DNA of 64,000 bases from a virus, in IMG/VR virus record IMGVR_UViG_3300031578_000009, positions 31,690 through 95,689 of that record; one strand, 5' to 3'. The position numbers were made by a program, and so were the translations under genes. Below, in pieces: positions 50,367 through 60,169 of the stretch (position 1 is the first letter of the stretch; every line of letters starts with the position of its first letter). The notes beneath the pieces were generated by a model. It saw only the letters and a program-made list of their open reading frames with translations, was not told the origin of the DNA and did no database searches.

Positions 50367-50928
50367 AATTGTATGTTTAAGTTATATATTAATAATAGTT
50401 GTATATATAAGATTGAAGAATATTGATGATTAGTTAGGGAGTGGGATAGACTAACTCCATCAATCAATCAACTCCCCTAACCCACTAATATCAACACTTC
50501 AGCATTAACCAAATGGTTAAACTAAATGGTTAATTACTTATAAATTTAACCTCATTACCAGCTTTCTTAAGAGCTGAAATTAAATTACCCATACCCTCAT
50601 CACTCATAGTACAGTCATATTTATAACCATCTTCAGAGTATTGAATTAAGTGCCAATATAAATAAGCACCAATTGTAGAGCTACGTTGCTCTTTATATTT
50701 AGTAATAGTAATCATAATCAACTAATTAAAAATGACACAATAAAAGCCCCTACAAATACTATACTTGCAAGAATAAAAGGTAAATGTTTTTTCATACATA
50801 TATAATAATAGGTGTAATTAATAAAAGTAATTATAGTGCTTTATTAACCTCAACCAACAGAATGGGGATTTCTCCTTACACTGCATAGGATATGATATGG
50901 CTTTATTACACTATAATTACAAATAAAT

Positions 50929-51039
50929 AAACTTCTCACAAGGTTGCGCCTTGACAACAGGAACACCATTTGCCTGCTATTAGCTTTAGTGCCCAATCAT
51001 TAGCATTTTTTATAGTTACCTGCAATTGGATGAGAGTTT
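50929..51039 (-). ncRNA. Repeated structured RNA motif A, copy 2
   Basis: Same conserved ends as copy 1 with a different middle. Confidence 0.6.
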
Positions 51040-51215
51040 ATATCTTAAATGTCTTGTTGAATGGTTTTGCTTAGATGCATAGGATAAACATTAACCTATA
51101 TATAATTACTAACCTAGTTAGCATCATAATTCACCCTGTCTTCAATAGAGCCAAGTGAACCATCTTGTAGAAGATATAACATAAAATGATACCTATTATA
51201 TATAGGTGTAAAAAT

Positions 51216-51327
51216 AAACTCTCACAAGGTTGCGCCTTATTATATATTACTTCATCAGATGCTTTCAACTTAATTACTTACACGATTGTAATACCAAGTT
51301 ATGATACCTGCAATTGGATGAGAGTTT
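51216..51327 (-). ncRNA. Repeated structured RNA motif A, copy 3
   Basis: Same conserved ends with a different middle. Confidence 0.6.
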
Positions 51328-51339
51328 TAGGTTAATTAA

Positions 51340-51585
51340 TTAAGATTTACAAGGAGTACCAAATAATATTTTATTTGTCAGATCTTGTATTGGTAAAGGT
51401 TCAGTTACATCATGTAAGCAACATGTTGGTATCATTCTTTCAACATTGTCTGAACAAGTACATATTACTATACCTGGATCATTTGTCCATTCTTTAAATG
51501 TTGCTGTATAAGATTCAAATTGATTCCATCCTCCTTTTGGGGGACTTACAACAAAACCGTTATATCTAAATTTTTCTACTTTCAT
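51340..51585 (-). CDS. Hypothetical protein
   Basis: WTNDPG...CSD..ER.IPTC motif. Confidence 0.6.
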   Translation of the reverse strand: MKVEKFRYNGFVVSPPKGGWNQFESYTATFKEWTNDPGIVICTCSDNVERMIPTCCLHDVTEPLPIQDLTNKILFGTPCKS

Positions 51586-51640
51586 AATATATAGTTTTAG
51601 TTGGTTTTAATTAAAAATAAATAGCTAACAGTATTTTTAT

Positions 51641-51730
51641 ATTCTCATCTTTGTCTCCTTTATAAATAAGGTTAGATTGGCTCACTTGATATAGGGTTAT
51701 TTCTACTGTCCTGTAATTGGATGAGAGTTT
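51641..51730 (-). ncRNA. Motif A, divergent copy 4
   Basis: cctgtaattggatgagagttt end is conserved. The other end is diverged but the tctcatc/gatgaga stem is kept. Confidence 0.45.
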
Positions 51731-51742
51731 ATTAAGTGTAAA

Positions 51743-51825
51743 AAACAGACTCCTCTCAAGAGCTAATTATTCCTGCCATAGTTTAACTAGCTTGGTTATT
51801 ATCACCGGGGAGATAAGAGCCTGTT
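51743..51825 (-). ncRNA. Repeated structured RNA motif B, copy 2
   Basis: Same core and closing stem as 48792-48873. Confidence 0.55.
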
Positions 51826-51900
51826 AAGTCTTAAAACTAATCCAAGTATCATTCACTAACATGTAGTCTTGCTTGGATTATTGTATGCAAATAGTAGAGA

Positions 51901-52152
51901 CTATAAAGTCCCTACTACGTTTTCTTCAGATGGATTATGAAGACACCAAAGGATTTCTCCTGTATCTTCCAATATTAATTGGACGAATTCAGCAGGCTTT
52001 GATGAATCATAATTCTTACTTACTGCTGCAACTGTTGTCCCATTAGCAGTGACAAACAATTTATCATTCTTGGGGTTTTTAACAATTAGCAGTGAATCTG
52101 CGTTATGCTCTTGTTTAAAAGCATTAACTGAAAGTGATTTTCCGAATTTCAT
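51901..52152 (-). CDS. First gene of the leftward block (conserved-looking crAss early protein)
   Basis: SV..FK...IVKNPKN.KLF...AVS...LH pattern. Confidence 0.65.
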   Translation of the reverse strand: MKFGKSLSVNAFKQEHNADSLLIVKNPKNDKLFVTANGTTVAAVSKNYDSSKPAEFVQLILEDTGEILWCLHNPSEENVVGTL

Positions 52153-52359
52153 ATGTAGAAAGTTTAAAAGTTAGTTACTAGTTTACAAATACCAACCCGG
52201 TATCTGCCCAAATTTCTGAGGGGTGGGGAGGGTTATTGGTAGTAACCTAATAAACACATAGTTATAGATGAAAAAAATATTTTTATAAAAAATATTTAAA
52301 CACACTTAACAATAATAAAGTGTAACAATTGCAACACTCTAAAAAATATATAAAAAAAA

Positions 52360-52391
52360 TTTGGAAAATTAAAAACTATGATTTATATTTG
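52360..52391 (+). promoter_or_regulatory. Bacteroidota housekeeping-sigma promoter
   Basis: TTTG (52360-52363), 20-nt spacer, TATATTTG (52384-52391) match the -33/-7 consensus. Confidence 0.7.
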
Positions 52392-52696
52392 CATCGTCTT
52401 AGTACAAACTTCAATCCCCTATAAATAATGGAAGATTGTTGGATCAGGTACTTTAAGTGTGTCTAAGATATTTCTTACGCACACTCAAAAATCAAATGCT
52501 AAAACGGAGGTGACATTTGTTTTTGGTGGTGAAAACCATTTTTTGTTTGGGCTGACAAACAAGACTGGAAGGAGATAGTCTTTCATGATCTGTTTAATTA
52601 ATAAGTTAATTAACAACTGAACAGGATACTAAAAAAGCATTAAAGCAGTAATTTACTTAAATATCACGGAAGCTATGTGCATTCCAATTAATTATT

Positions 52697-53101
52697 ATGT
52701 ATAAACTAGAAATTAACAAAGATAATAGATATGTAGATTCATATTATTTTAAAGTAAAAAATGAGTTTAATCAATTCTTACACTTTTTTATATATAATGT
52801 AGATTGGTCTGAATTTAATATAGATGCAACTTACTCAGTCCAGTTTTATATAACAACAAAAAGAAAACAGGGTTATCAATATTTAAAACAAACTGGTAAG
52901 GATGGATTAAAGTCTTTACTGTGGGCAAAAGAATGTATTAAATATTTTATCAATAATAAACTTAAAGGTAAAGATAAAATTATTATTTATGCAGATAATA
53001 ATAAAAGATTAAAAGCATATCAATGGGGACTGAAAGATTTAGGATTTACTGAATCTTATATAAAGGGATCAAAATGTTTAATCTATTACAATAAAAAATA
53101 A
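52697..53101 (+). CDS. Hypothetical protein
   Basis: First ORF of the rightward block. Confidence 0.6.
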   Translation: MYKLEINKDNRYVDSYYFKVKNEFNQFLHFFIYNVDWSEFNIDATYSVQFYITTKRKQGYQYLKQTGKDGLKSLLWAKECIKYFINNKLKGKDKIIIYADNNKRLKAYQWGLKDLGFTESYIKGSKCLIYYNKK

Positions 53102-53145
53102 TTGTTTAAATATAACAAAAACCTTATTAAATAAATAAGTTACTT

Positions 53146-53217
53146 GCTTCTAAAGCATAAATGGTGATGCACTGGATTTGTACTCCAGAGAACAGAGTTC
53201 GATTCTTTGTAGAAGCT
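53146..53217 (+). tRNA. tRNA-Thr(TGT)
   Basis: gcttcta/tagaagc acceptor, ctgga-ttTGTac-tccag anticodon arm, cagag-ttcgatt-ctttg T arm. Confidence 0.75.
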
Positions 53218-53272
53218 CAAAATAAACTAGCAATTTTTGCTAACTATGTTTAATTGTTTCATTTAAAATTTT

Positions 53273-53306
53273 ACCATCTATTCTTAATTGAGTAGATGGT
53301 TTTTTT
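53273..53306 (+). terminator. Intrinsic terminator
   Basis: accatctattc...gagtagatggt followed by a T run. Confidence 0.75.
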
Positions 53307-53337
53307 ATTTTGTATAACATATAAAATAATTTGTTAT

Positions 53338-53372
53338 TTTGTATTATAATATATGAAAAATACCTATATTTG
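53338..53372 (+). promoter_or_regulatory. Bacteroidota-type promoter
   Basis: TATATTTG at 53365-53372. Shares tatatttgcatcg with the 52384 promoter. The -33 spacing is slightly long. Confidence 0.55.
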
Positions 53373-53999
53373 CATCGAATATAATACAATTGAATTATGG
53401 ATGAAGTAAAACTTAACTTTAATAAGGAAACAACTAATACCTGGATTGATTTTAAAGAATGGAATTTTCTGATGGCATTTAAACATTATAAAGAATGTAT
53501 GGCATGGACATTTGGTTTTGCAAGAAAAATAAGTAATGAAGATAAAATTATATTTAATGATTCGTATAGAAAACAATATAGTGAGAATGCTAAAATATTA
53601 GAAATTTAAATTATGAAGAAAAAATATCCACTTCAAGAAGAAAGTACATTAAAAAAACAAAAATTATTTTATGAAAATGAAATTAAAAAATATTTAAATT
53701 ACTTAAATAACTTAACTATTGAACAGTATTGTATTAAAAAAAAGAATATAGACTTATTTAATGAAATTTTAAAACAACAATTATGAAACTAGAAATTGAC
53801 GAAACAAACAAAACAATTAAAGTTAAAGAATTAACTAATCTTAAAGAACTGTATGATTATTTGAATGATCATAATTATAAGTTAAAAGAATGGAGTATTA
53901 CAAATAATGTAGAATGGTATTATTATCCATATTATCCAGTAGAAGCTCCTATTATTACTTATACAACTGCATCTTCATTAATTAGCTTATAGTATAAAA

Positions 54000-54167
54000 A
54001 TGAATAAACAAAGAGTAGATATAGAGTTTGATGTAGTAGATCTAGAGTGGGCTAAAAAACAAGCTGCTCTAAAAGGTATGAGCAGAAGAAAGTTCTTAGC
54101 TATGTGTGTAACTAAAGAAAGAATGTTTGAGAATTATCAAAACATAATAAAGAAAACAAAGTTATAA
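54000..54167 (+). CDS. Small ribbon-helix-helix-like regulator (55 aa, not in the ORF track)
   Basis: MNKQRVDIEFDVVDLEWAKKQAALKGMSRRKFLAMCV. Confidence 0.55.
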   Translation: MNKQRVDIEFDVVDLEWAKKQAALKGMSRRKFLAMCVTKERMFENYQNIIKKTKL

Positions 54168-54396
54168 TTTTGCTGAAAAATAATGAGTTATGGATATACC
54201 AGAAGGATTTATAAAGTTGATAGATTATGAAGAAAAATATGGTGACAAATTATTAATAATGTTTCCAGGTCAAAAATATAGGAAAAATAATATCATTTGG
54301 GATTCCAGAAGAGATAAATTTTTTGAAATAGAGTCAGTTCAAATTGATTCAATGACTGGATATAGAATTCCTAATTTAATAGAAAATTGATGAGTT

Positions 54397-54723
54397 ATGA
54401 TAGAAGATAAAAGATTAAGAAATTTCTTTGGGGAGTTATTAATATCCAGATCTAAAATCACTTCTGAATATTGTATTCAAAAGGATAATCCAGTTTTACA
54501 AGAAGATTATTTTGATGAGTTAATGAATAAAGAAATTAATGCTGGATTATTAAAGGAATTTAATAAACAAGCAGATAAACCAATTAAAGAAAATGATGGT
54601 GATTATTTTAGATTTAGAAAAGAATTATTTATTTTTAATCCAAAGTATTTTAAAGAAGTTGTTGAAACATGCATTAGACTAATGCCACAGGAAGTAATTA
54701 ATAAAATTAGAAGTGATGAATAA
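54397..54723 (+). CDS. Hypothetical protein
   Basis: ORF in the + operon. Confidence 0.6.
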   Translation: MIEDKRLRNFFGELLISRSKITSEYCIQKDNPVLQEDYFDELMNKEINAGLLKEFNKQADKPIKENDGDYFRFRKELFIFNPKYFKEVVETCIRLMPQEVINKIRSDE

Positions 54724-55111
54724 ATTCATATGCGATGGATGTTCTAAAGAATATCCAATAAAAGAAGCTGTAGATGTTAATACACCTAATTTAGCTGGGA
54801 TTGTTATGTGTAAGAGTTGCACAAAGAATACTGATGATGATACATTTACAGAATATGCTAAAAAATACTCAAACAATGTATTTAAATTATGTACTGAATG
54901 TGGAGAGTACTATAGTACTGACAGTATGCATATTAGAATAGCAAATTATAGTGGAGATGGACTTACTAAACTAATAGATTTAGATGAAGAAGACATTGCT
55001 TACTTTAAAAATAAGTACTTTCCACAATTACAAAATGAGATGAATGACAAAATTAATAAATTGAGAGAGACTTATACTGCCAAAATAACAGATAAACAAC
55101 TTGGTACTTAA
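54713..55111 (+). CDS. Zn-finger protein
   Basis: CDGC, CKSC and CTEC motifs. Confidence 0.6.
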   Translation: MMNKFICDGCSKEYPIKEAVDVNTPNLAGIVMCKSCTKNTDDDTFTEYAKKYSNNVFKLCTECGEYYSTDSMHIRIANYSGDGLTKLIDLDEEDIAYFKNKYFPQLQNEMNDKINKLRETYTAKITDKQLGT

Positions 55112-55153
55112 TTTGAATAGAAATAATATTGTTAAACTTTAAAAATTAGAAAT

Positions 55154-55471
55154 ATGGAAAATAAAAGTATTTACACATTGTTTGGTGGGCTTAGGTATTA
55201 TGACAATATAGTAGGAAATGGTTATATTTGGGATGGACATACTAGGGTTGTTAGTTTCTCAACAAACTTTCTACCAACCTACAATCCAGAAACTCATGAT
55301 TTAGTTGAGAAAAAAGATGCTAAGATTAATAGATTAAAGAGTGAGATTGAAGTATTGAGATTAGTAAATATTGAATATGAAGATAAGATTAAGTATTATA
55401 ACAAAGCATTAGCGGAACAGTTAAAAAAACTAGATGATAAAAAACAGGAACTAAAACAACTAGAAGAATAA
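55154..55471 (+). CDS. Coiled-coil hypothetical protein
   Basis: ORF followed by a terminator. Confidence 0.6.
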   Translation: MENKSIYTLFGGLRYYDNIVGNGYIWDGHTRVVSFSTNFLPTYNPETHDLVEKKDAKINRLKSEIEVLRLVNIEYEDKIKYYNKALAEQLKKLDDKKQELKQLEE

Positions 55472-55494
55472 TTAACTAAATAAGTTAAATTACT

Positions 55495-55529
55495 AAAGCC
55501 CCTTTGAACTTAATCATTGGGGCTTTTTT
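55495..55529 (+). terminator. Intrinsic terminator
   Basis: aaagcccc...ggggctttttt. Confidence 0.7.
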
Positions 55530-55626
55530 ATTAACAATTAAAAATGAAAGTATGACAATGCAAATATAGTTAATAGATTCTAATTTACAAAATGTTTTAC
55601 AACATATAAATAAATGTTAAGATTAA

Positions 55627-55659
55627 TTTGGATTGTATAACAATAATACCATATCTTTG
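55627..55659 (+). promoter_or_regulatory. Bacteroidota-type promoter
   Basis: TTTG, 21-nt spacer, TATCTTTG upstream of the 55688 operon. Confidence 0.65.
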
Positions 55660-56222
55660 TTGAATAAATATTTAAAACAATAAAAGCATGATTGGGAATA
55701 AAAAACTAAAACAACAGATTGCTTCATTGGAAGAAGAAAACAAAGCACTTAAAACTATAGTAAAGTATATTTCAGAAGATTCAATATATAAAAAAGAATT
55801 AGATGTTATGTTGAAAGAGATTTATGATAGAAAAAGATGGAGTAGTATGATAACTCAATCACATTTAGAATTTTTATTAAAAGATAAGCAAATAGTATCA
55901 ATTGTTAAAAATTTAATCAATAAAGCAAATATTTAAAATAACAAGTATGAATATTGAATTATCAAAAGAACTATTAAATAAGTTCAAAACAAAGATGTAC
56001 CAATTACTTGGTGAAAATAGTGAAGATTTAGTATTATGTAATGAAATAAATAAATTTATTAAAAACGTTGAATCAAATAATCTATCAATAGATGTACCAA
56101 AATCTCATTTATACATTGGTAATATTTCATATGCTGGAGAATTATTAACATTTAAATATGAAGATTTAGAAGAATTTTTAGGAAATAAATACAATAAAAA
56201 ACATAATTTAAAACAGTAGAAA

Positions 56223-56579
56223 ATGATTAAAAAAGTTAAAGATTTAAGTAAAGTAACATTAAACAAAGAAGATGTTCTCATTGAAGCAATGGTTAAGGTT
56301 AAGAAATCATCTGGACTTGACCTAAGTGCTATGGATGATAAATCTAAGAAAGAATATACTGAAAAAACTCAGGAAGTATTAGATATGACTATTCTAGCTA
56401 AAGGAGAAAACGTTGTATTCAATGTAGGACAACATGTAGTATTAAAACAAGGAGTTAGATTTAACTATGAAGTTCTTGATTCGGTTGCTGCTGGTATTGA
56501 AAGTTTAGAAAAAAGAATAGCTACTATTCACATGAATAACATCGAATTCGCAATTAATACAGATAATTATGAGCTATAA
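56223..56579 (+). CDS. GroES-like co-chaperonin
   Basis: DVLIE...SSGL.L...ILAKG....VGQHV pattern. Confidence 0.5.
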   Translation: MIKKVKDLSKVTLNKEDVLIEAMVKVKKSSGLDLSAMDDKSKKEYTEKTQEVLDMTILAKGENVVFNVGQHVVLKQGVRFNYEVLDSVAAGIESLEKRIATIHMNNIEFAINTDNYEL

Positions 56580-57027
56580 AGCAGTACAAAAACCAAGATC
56601 AACAGCTAAGTTTTTTTATCCTAATTTTCTTGAGGTAGATAAACATGCTAATGGACAACCAATCATCATTAAAACAGGACCATATAAAAAGGATTTAGCA
56701 GGAGAAACTATTGAAAGTGTATTTATGTATTTACAACATCTACAAGAGATTCATAATGAATCAAAGAATAAAAATAAGAAAATATGAAATACTATAAATA
56801 TAACTCAATACCATTAGAAGAAGAATTTCCTGGGATTGGAGAAACATCATTTGATCAATATGGAAATATGATTAAGATAGATATGTTCAATGAACCAATT
56901 ATTATTCATAAAACAGTATTAAATGATGATACAAGAGTAGATGATTATAATCCAGAGTCTTTCAATATTCATAATGAGATATTCTTAAAAGGATTCTGGG
57001 CATGGACAACTAAATCAATAGGAGGAT

Positions 57028-57411
57028 ATGGAGTATCTGATGCCGATTAAGAAGAAAGATTTTGTGTATAAGATAATAGATATATTCTCATGTATGCCAC
57101 CATTCTCTAATTTATCTATTAGAGAGAAGGAGATATTTGCTATATATGCAGAAGGATATCTTGCATTGAGACATAAATATGATAGAGAGAAAATATTTGA
57201 ACTATTATTTGAATATGATTTTACTAAAAGAATATCTGATGTATTAAGTAAAAAGACTGATACTCAAGTTACTATGAATAATGTTAGGAATTATACTACC
57301 AAACTTAGAAAAAAAGGATTACTTAAGAATAGAAAAATAGTTGATAAATTCTTAACACTATTTGATAATTTAGATAATAATATTACATTTGTACTTGAAA
57401 TTAAAGATTAA
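57028..57411 (+). CDS. HTH-type DNA-binding protein
   Basis: LS.RE.EI and N.RNY.TKLRKKG.L motifs. Confidence 0.5.
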   Translation: MEYLMPIKKKDFVYKIIDIFSCMPPFSNLSIREKEIFAIYAEGYLALRHKYDREKIFELLFEYDFTKRISDVLSKKTDTQVTMNNVRNYTTKLRKKGLLKNRKIVDKFLTLFDNLDNNITFVLEIKD

Positions 57412-57880
57412 TATGGAAGAAAGTAAATATTATGTACCAGAATTATCAGAATTTCATGTTGGATTTGAATGTGAAATGTTTTCATTAAGAAACGATTGGT
57501 ACACAAGAGAATTAGACGCTAGAGATGTTCAAGTTGCTATAGATATTTGTTTTGAAACTAACGATTTTGATAAAACATATAGAACTAAATACCTTGATAA
57601 ATCTGATATAGAAGAATGTGGGTTTGTTCAGGATGGCAATGAAAGTGGAGAAGAATCACCATCATTATTTGATGAACATGGATATTCATTAGTATATGTA
57701 TTAGATAAACAATTAGAACCAATAAATACAGCTTGGACAATATATCACTTCCCAGACAACTTTCTAATTATAGAGAGAATAGTTAATTGTGGAATTGGAT
57801 TTGAAGATATGTTATTTAGAGGACGCGTAAAGAATAAATCAGAATTAAAAATGTTACTAAAAATGCTAAATATTAAATAA
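57389..57880 (+). CDS. Hypothetical phage protein
   Basis: YY.P...EFHVGFE, KYLD.SDIE and F.G..KNKSELK motifs. Confidence 0.65.
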   Translation: MYLKLKINMEESKYYVPELSEFHVGFECEMFSLRNDWYTRELDARDVQVAIDICFETNDFDKTYRTKYLDKSDIEECGFVQDGNESGEESPSLFDEHGYSLVYVLDKQLEPINTAWTIYHFPDNFLIIERIVNCGIGFEDMLFRGRVKNKSELKMLLKMLNIK

Positions 57881-58995
57881 TGGATATACAACAAATAGTA
57901 GAAAAGTTTAAAAGTAAACCTTATCTTATGTCAATGGGAAAAGGTAGTTTAAGTAAAATATTTAAGTGTAGTGAAGATGATATTAAAACAGTTAAAAAAA
58001 TAATAAGAAGTGGAAAAAATCAATTTAATGAATATTGTGAAATAAATGGAGTTGATCCAAATAACGTAAATCACTATTGGCATAAGGGGACTCACTATAG
58101 TTTACATGTTGATAATCAACAATTGTCTCCAGAAATACAATTTAAGACATTATTGGATGAATGTAAATTAATTGCACCAAAATATAATAATTTTATTAAA
58201 GTTAAAAAATTAGACCAAACATGCGCAGTCATAAACATTTATGACATACACTTAGACAAGAGAGATATTAGGTCAGACAATAAAAATCAACTTGAAAAAA
58301 TATCTGAAGAAATAATAAATGGATTTTCTGATTTATTGTCTTCAATAAATACAAATAACCCAAGCACATATATAATGCCAGTTGGGAATGATATTTTTTG
58401 TACAAATGGTTTTGATAAGTCAACTAAAAAAGGAACTCCACAAGACCCAATAGTACCACATGAAATTGTATTTAGAGAAGGTTTATCGTTAATTAGAGCA
58501 ATGATTGATGAATTATCTAAGTATGGAGATGTTTATATACCAATTATATACGGAAATCATGATGCAGATGCAGTGTGGTATTTAGGTGTTGCACTTGAAG
58601 TATTATATGAAAATAATGATCATGTAATTATAAACAATGATAAATTATCAAGAAAATATCATAAGTTTGGAGATAATTTATTTGGATTTGGTCACGGTGA
58701 TTTAGAAAAGAGAAATATTGATAAACTTCCATTAATAATGGCAACTACAGAACCAAAGTTGTGGGCTGATACTAAATATAGAATATTTTATCTTGGAGAT
58801 ATACACCATAAACAAGAGTTTAAATTTTTTAGAACAAAAGATAATCCTGGATGTACAGTTCAGTTTTTAAGAAGTATAAGCGTTACAGATCAATGGCATG
58901 ATGACAATATGTTTGTTGGAATTCCGAGAACAATGGAAGCTACTGTATTTGATAAAAATAGAGGACAAATTGCTAATTATAGTTTAAATATATAG
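57880..58995 (+). CDS. Calcineurin-like metallophosphoesterase
   Basis: DIH, GND, GNHD, GHGD and GDIHH motifs. Confidence 0.85.
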   Translation: MDIQQIVEKFKSKPYLMSMGKGSLSKIFKCSEDDIKTVKKIIRSGKNQFNEYCEINGVDPNNVNHYWHKGTHYSLHVDNQQLSPEIQFKTLLDECKLIAPKYNNFIKVKKLDQTCAVINIYDIHLDKRDIRSDNKNQLEKISEEIINGFSDLLSSINTNNPSTYIMPVGNDIFCTNGFDKSTKKGTPQDPIVPHEIVFREGLSLIRAMIDELSKYGDVYIPIIYGNHDADAVWYLGVALEVLYENNDHVIINNDKLSRKYHKFGDNLFGFGHGDLEKRNIDKLPLIMATTEPKLWADTKYRIFYLGDIHHKQEFKFFRTKDNPGCTVQFLRSISVTDQWHDDNMFVGIPRTMEATVFDKNRGQIANYSLNI

Positions 58996-59079
58996 ACGTG
59001 GAAGATTTTGAAATAATAAATGAACTAGAAAAAAACTATATTTTGATAAAAACAAAATAGTTAATTAATAGATAAAAGA

Positions 59080-59226
59080 ATGGAAAAATATATAGGAGTA
59101 AAATTGATTGAAGAAAGTCCTATTTTTAAAACAGTTGCTATTGACGAGCAAATTAGACTTAAACAACAATTAATAGCAATGAAGTATTATTTTACTATTT
59201 TAGTTGAAAGGATTGAAAACTTTTAA
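59080..59226 (+). CDS. 48-aa ORF (not in the ORF track), possibly an internally deleted gene
   Basis: MEKYIGVKLIEESPIFKTVAIDEQIRLKQQLIAMKYYFTILVERIENF. Confidence 0.5.
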   Translation: MEKYIGVKLIEESPIFKTVAIDEQIRLKQQLIAMKYYFTILVERIENF

Positions 59227-59229
59227 TAT

Positions 59230-59505
59230 ATGCAACTATCTAAGGAGAGAATAAATGTAGAAATGTTTAATATTAGTCTTGAGAATGATCATGAAACTGG
59301 AGTTAATGAACTTGAGACTTTTGCAGAAGTAATTAAAAAATGTAATACTGAATCAAAGAAGTCTGGATTTAAGAAAGTATTTAATGGCACTGAAAGAAGT
59401 TTAATTGAAGGAATTTATAAAATACTATTTAAAGAAGATGGATCTCCTCAGATTTCAAAGATAGATGGTGGACTTACAAATATTGTAAACTATGAAGACG
59501 AATGA
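59230..59505 (+). CDS. Hypothetical protein
   Basis: ORF in the + operon. Confidence 0.6.
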   Translation: MQLSKERINVEMFNISLENDHETGVNELETFAEVIKKCNTESKKSGFKKVFNGTERSLIEGIYKILFKEDGSPQISKIDGGLTNIVNYEDE

Positions 59506-59663
59506 ACCTAAATACTGTATTGTATGTGAAACTGAAGTAGAAATTGGAAGTAGAAGTAAACCAAATAAAGCAGAATATTTTGAGAAGTTTAATGGTGATT
59601 TAATTCCAGTTTGTAGAATGCACAAGAAAGTATTAAGAAGTGAACATTTAGATGATATATTAG

Positions 59664-59888
59664 ATGAACAGCCAGACGAGTAAAGCTATACTTGGAGATT
59701 TATATCGTAGATATAACATAACAAACGATCAAGCATTAGAAATAGTTAAGAGTCAGTTTAGAGTATTGCTTAAAAAAATGGCTGAATATAGTCTGTCAGA
59801 TGAGAATTATCCAACAATAAGATTAATGAACTTTGGATTATTTTTTGTAAAACCAGGTAAGAAAGTTAATTATGGAAATAAAGAATAA
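59664..59888 (+). CDS. HU/IHF-like DNA-binding protein
   Basis: IRLMNFGLFFVKP (cf. V.L.GFG.F). Position upstream of the terminase is typical of crAss-like phages. Confidence 0.6.
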   Translation: MNSQTSKAILGDLYRRYNITNDQALEIVKSQFRVLLKKMAEYSLSDENYPTIRLMNFGLFFVKPGKKVNYGNKE

Positions 59889-60169
59889 ATATATACCAAC
59901 AAAAGATGATGCTGAATTGCTTAAAATAAAATATAAATATAATAATGAAGATTCAACATGGTTTTATACTGGAATAACATTAGAAAGAGGCAATGATGAA
60001 TTTGGTGAAGTTATGTTAATGTTTAGTAAACATAAACGTAAAAATAATTTAACAGTATTTACATCTTTTACTAAAGGCCCAAATATATGGAGTGATACTC
60101 CAGAATTTAAATGTAGTATTGAAAATAATTTACAATTGGAAAATTTAATACATAAATTAAAGAAGAATT

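Noticed and set aside
47106-51825. Motifs A/B as a mini-CRISPR array or DGR template/variable repeats
   Set aside because: The copies are dispersed and the two conserved ends differ from each other. No adenine-specific mismatch pattern and no reverse transcriptase in the window.
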